Assembly (NCBI RefSeq): GCF_000011805.1
Contig: NC_006840.2
Length of the DNA stretch: 32,000 nt
DNA from: Aliivibrio fischeri ES114
GTDB lineage: Bacteria > Pseudomonadota > Gammaproteobacteria > Enterobacterales > Vibrionaceae
Reading direction: 5' to 3' (one strand)
A program made the translations under genes and the position numbers. Of this stretch, positions 29,588 through 32,000 are shown in pieces (position 1 is the stretch's first letter; every line of letters starts with the position of its first letter). Under the pieces are notes generated by a model, which did not search any database, was not told where the DNA came from, and was given only the letters and a program-made list of their open reading frames with translations.

Positions 29588-29631
29588 TTGTGAGTATTCC
29601 CGACCTTTGTGTGGTTGATTGATTCTCACAA
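29588..29631 (+). promoter_or_regulatory. thrS operator, upstream domain with UGU anticodon-like arm
   Basis: Outer stem TTGTGAG/CTCACAA; inner 5-bp stem CGACC/GGTTG closing 7-nt loop TTTGTGT (29606-29612). Confidence 0.7.
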
Positions 29632-29675
29632 CTACTCTATATACAACGTATTTTTCGTTTATTAATTTTTAGCAT

Positions 29676-29696
29676 GTGTTGCTTCGTGTGCAACAC
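29676..29696 (+). promoter_or_regulatory. thrS operator, downstream domain with CGU anticodon-like arm
   Basis: Perfect 7-bp stem GTGTTGC/GCAACAC closing 7-nt loop TTCGTGT just before the RBS (AAAGGA, 29703-29708). Confidence 0.8.
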
Positions 29697-29714
29697 CACT
29701 GTAAAGGATAAAAC

Positions 29715-31643
29715 ATGCCTGTAATTACTCTTCCAGACGGTTCTCAACGTCAATTCGATAACGCTGTTTCAACTATGGATGTCGCTGCTGACATCGGTCC
29801 AGGTCTTGCGAAAGCTTGTATCGCTGGTCGTGTTGATGGTGTTCGTGTTGATGCGTGCGATTTAATTGAAAATGACGCTCAACTTGAAATCATCACAGCA
29901 AAAGATGAAGACGGTTTAGAAATCATTCGTCACTCTTGTGCGCACCTTTTAGGTCACGCAGTTAAGCAGCTTTTCCCTGAAGCTAAGATGGCGATTGGTC
30001 CAACAATCGATAACGGTTTCTACTACGATATCGATATGGAGCACTCTTTAACGCAAGAAGATCTTGATAAGATTGAAAAGCGTATGAAGGATCTTGCTAA
30101 GACCAAGTACCAAGTAATTAAGAAGAACGTAAGCTGGCAAGAAGCGCGTGATACTTTTGAAGCACGCGGTGAAACTTACAAGATTGAAATCCTTGACGAA
30201 AACGTATCTAAAGACGATCGTCCAGGTTTATATCACCACGAAGAATACATTGATATGTGTCGTGGTCCTCACGTTCCTAACATGAGCTTCTGTCAGAACT
30301 TTAAGATTCTGAACGTTGCTGGTGCATACTGGCGTGGTAACAGTGACAACAAAATGCTGCAACGTGTCTACGGCACTGCATTCCAAGATAAGAAATTGCT
30401 TAAAGCACACCTTATCCGCCTAGAAGAAGCAGCAAAGCGTGATCACCGTAAAATTGGTAAGCAACTTGATCTGTTCCATATGCAGCAAGAAGCTCCAGGT
30501 ATGGTGTTCTGGCACCACAACGGTTGGACTATCTTCCGTGAACTAGAAGTATTTGTTCGTGAAAAACTAACTCAGTACGATTACCAAGAAGTAAAAGGCC
30601 CATTAATGATGGACCGCGTACTTTGGGAACGTTCTGGTCACTGGGACAAATACGCTGAAGCGATGTTCACAACAAGTTCTGAGAACCGTGAATACGCAAT
30701 TAAACCAATGAACTGTCCAGGTCACGTTCAAATCTTTAACCAAGGTCTGAAATCATACCGTGATTTACCATTACGTATGGCTGAGTTTGGCTCATGTCAC
30801 CGTAATGAACCATCTGGTGCTCTACACGGCATTATGCGTGTTCGTGGCTTCACTCAAGATGATGCACACGTATTCTGTACAGAAGCACAAGTTCAACAAG
30901 AAGTTAAATCTTGTATTGAAATGGTTTACGATACATATCAAACATTTGGTTTTGATAATATCGTAGTTAAGCTGTCTACACGTCCAGAACAACGCGTTGG
31001 TTCTGATGAAATGTGGGACCGTGCTGAGTCAGATTTAAAACTTGCTCTAGAGTCAATGGAGATTCCATACGAGATTCAAGAGGGTGAGGGTGCGTTCTAC
31101 GGACCGAAAATTGAATTTACTTTGCATGATTGTCTGGACCGTGCGTGGCAATGTGGTACAGTACAGCTTGATTTTGCATTACCAGAGCGTTTAGGTGCAA
31201 CTTACGTTGGTGAAGATAACGAACGTCACACACCAGTGATGATTCACCGCGCGATTTTAGGTTCACTAGAGCGTTTCATTGGTATCTTAATCGAAGACTA
31301 TGCAGGCTTTTTCCCAACGTGGTTAGCTCCTGAACAAGCGATTGTTATGGGAATTACGGACAAACAAGCTGATTACGTACAAGAAATTGCAAAAAAACTG
31401 CAAAAAAATGGATTTAGAGTGAAAGCGGACTTGAGAAATGAGAAGATTGGCTTTAAAATCCGTGAACATACTTTGAAGCGTGTACCGTATATGCTTGTTT
31501 GTGGCGACCAGGAGATGGAAGCTGGAGAAATTGCAGTACGTACTCGTAAAGGTAAAGATTTGGGTAAATTCAAAATTGATGATTTTGTTGCATTCCTGCA
31601 GCAAGAAGTTAGTGCCCGAACGCTCAATACTGTGGAGGAATAA
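29715..31643 (+). CDS. thrS: Threonyl-tRNA synthetase
   Basis: [111 protein letters not shown]. Confidence 0.98.
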   Translation: MPVITLPDGSQRQFDNAVSTMDVAADIGPGLAKACIAGRVDGVRVDACDLIENDAQLEIITAKDEDGLEIIRHSCAHLLGHAVKQLFPEAKMAIGPTIDNGFYYDIDMEHSLTQEDLDKIEKRMKDLAKTKYQVIKKNVSWQEARDTFEARGETYKIEILDENVSKDDRPGLYHHEEYIDMCRGPHVPNMSFCQNFKILNVAGAYWRGNSDNKMLQRVYGTAFQDKKLLKAHLIRLEEAAKRDHRKIGKQLDLFHMQQEAPGMVFWHHNGWTIFRELEVFVREKLTQYDYQEVKGPLMMDRVLWERSGHWDKYAEAMFTTSSENREYAIKPMNCPGHVQIFNQGLKSYRDLPLRMAEFGSCHRNEPSGALHGIMRVRGFTQDDAHVFCTEAQVQQEVKSCIEMVYDTYQTFGFDNIVVKLSTRPEQRVGSDEMWDRAESDLKLALESMEIPYEIQEGEGAFYGPKIEFTLHDCLDRAWQCGTVQLDFALPERLGATYVGEDNERHTPVMIHRAILGSLERFIGILIEDYAGFFPTWLAPEQAIVMGITDKQADYVQEIAKKLQKNGFRVKADLRNEKIGFKIREHTLKRVPYMLVCGDQEMEAGEIAVRTRKGKDLGKFKIDDFVAFLQQEVSARTLNTVEE

Positions 31644-31646
31644 GGT

Positions 31647-32000
31647 ATTAAAGGCGGAAAAAGAGCCCAACAGCCGGCTAAACAAAATGCTCATCGTCTA
31701 AACGGTGAAATTCGTGGCGTTAAAGAAGTGCGCCTAACAGGCCTAGATGGTGAATCAGTAGGCATCGTTTCTTTAAACGAAGCTCTGGATGCAGCACTTG
31801 AAGCTGGTGTTGACTTAGTTGAAATCAGCCCAAATGCCGAGCCACCAGTTGGTCGTGTGATGGACTATGGCAAATTCCTCTTCGAAAAGGCGAAGGCTGC
31901 TAAAGAACAGAAGAAAAAGCAAAAACAGGTTCAGATCAAGGAAATTAAATTCCGACCTGGAACTGATGTAGGAGACTATCAGGTAAAACTACGCAACCTG
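31647..32000 (+). CDS. infC: Translation initiation factor IF-3, AUU start codon, runs off right edge
   Basis: Frame from ATT 31647 gives (M)[117 protein letters not shown]; SD GGAGG at 31634-31638. Confidence 0.96.
   Translation, partial: MKGGKRAQQPAKQNAHRLNGEIRGVKEVRLTGLDGESVGIVSLNEALDAALEAGVDLVEISPNAEPPVGRVMDYGKFLFEKAKAAKEQKKKQKQVQIKEIKFRPGTDVGDYQVKLRNL

Noticed and set aside
31323-31701. ORFs overlapping the thrS-infC junction in other frames
   Set aside because: Both strands there are explained by the thrS 3' end and the AUU-started infC.
1-32000. Search for CRISPR arrays, toxin-antitoxin pairs, prophage, transposases, restriction or other defence systems
   Set aside because: No regularly spaced repeats, transposase or integrase motifs, or defence-type domains seen; gene content is core housekeeping plus conserved accessory genes.

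Overview
This 32 kb window is ordinary gamma-proteobacterial chromosome. Gene order and protein sequences look Vibrionaceae, probably Aliivibrio; that is an inference, since no database search was possible. Left to right it holds: a yiaY-like Fe-alcohol dehydrogenase cut by the left edge; ribA; a four-gene imelysin / di-heme oxidoreductase / imelysin lipoprotein / DUF1513 cassette behind two strong Fur-box matches; an MBL hydrolase; a basic-tailed winged-helix protein; a DUF3943 protein; a TyrP/Mtr-family transporter behind paired TyrR-like boxes; a CinA-like protein with an altered amidase motif; a YfaE-like ferredoxin; a TPR-GAF-GGDEF protein; nrdB, nrdA, ubiG and gyrA; a small Zn-ribbon ORF; DUF3581; PAP2; yegD; yqfB; an M50 protease with a Spo0M-like protein; ABM, VOC and RHH small proteins; thrS; and infC, which starts with AUU and is missing from the ORF track. 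No CRISPR, tRNA, rRNA, transposon, phage or obvious defence island was seen. The strongest non-ORF signal is the thrS leader, which has two perfect 7-nt anticodon-like loops (UUUGUGU and UUCGUGU) matching tRNA-Thr UGU and CGU anticodons, preceded by a good sigma70 promoter. The best candidates for under-described biology are the Fur-box-associated imelysin/di-heme cassette, the GGDEF gene sitting between nrdB and yfaE, and the M50/Spo0M pair.
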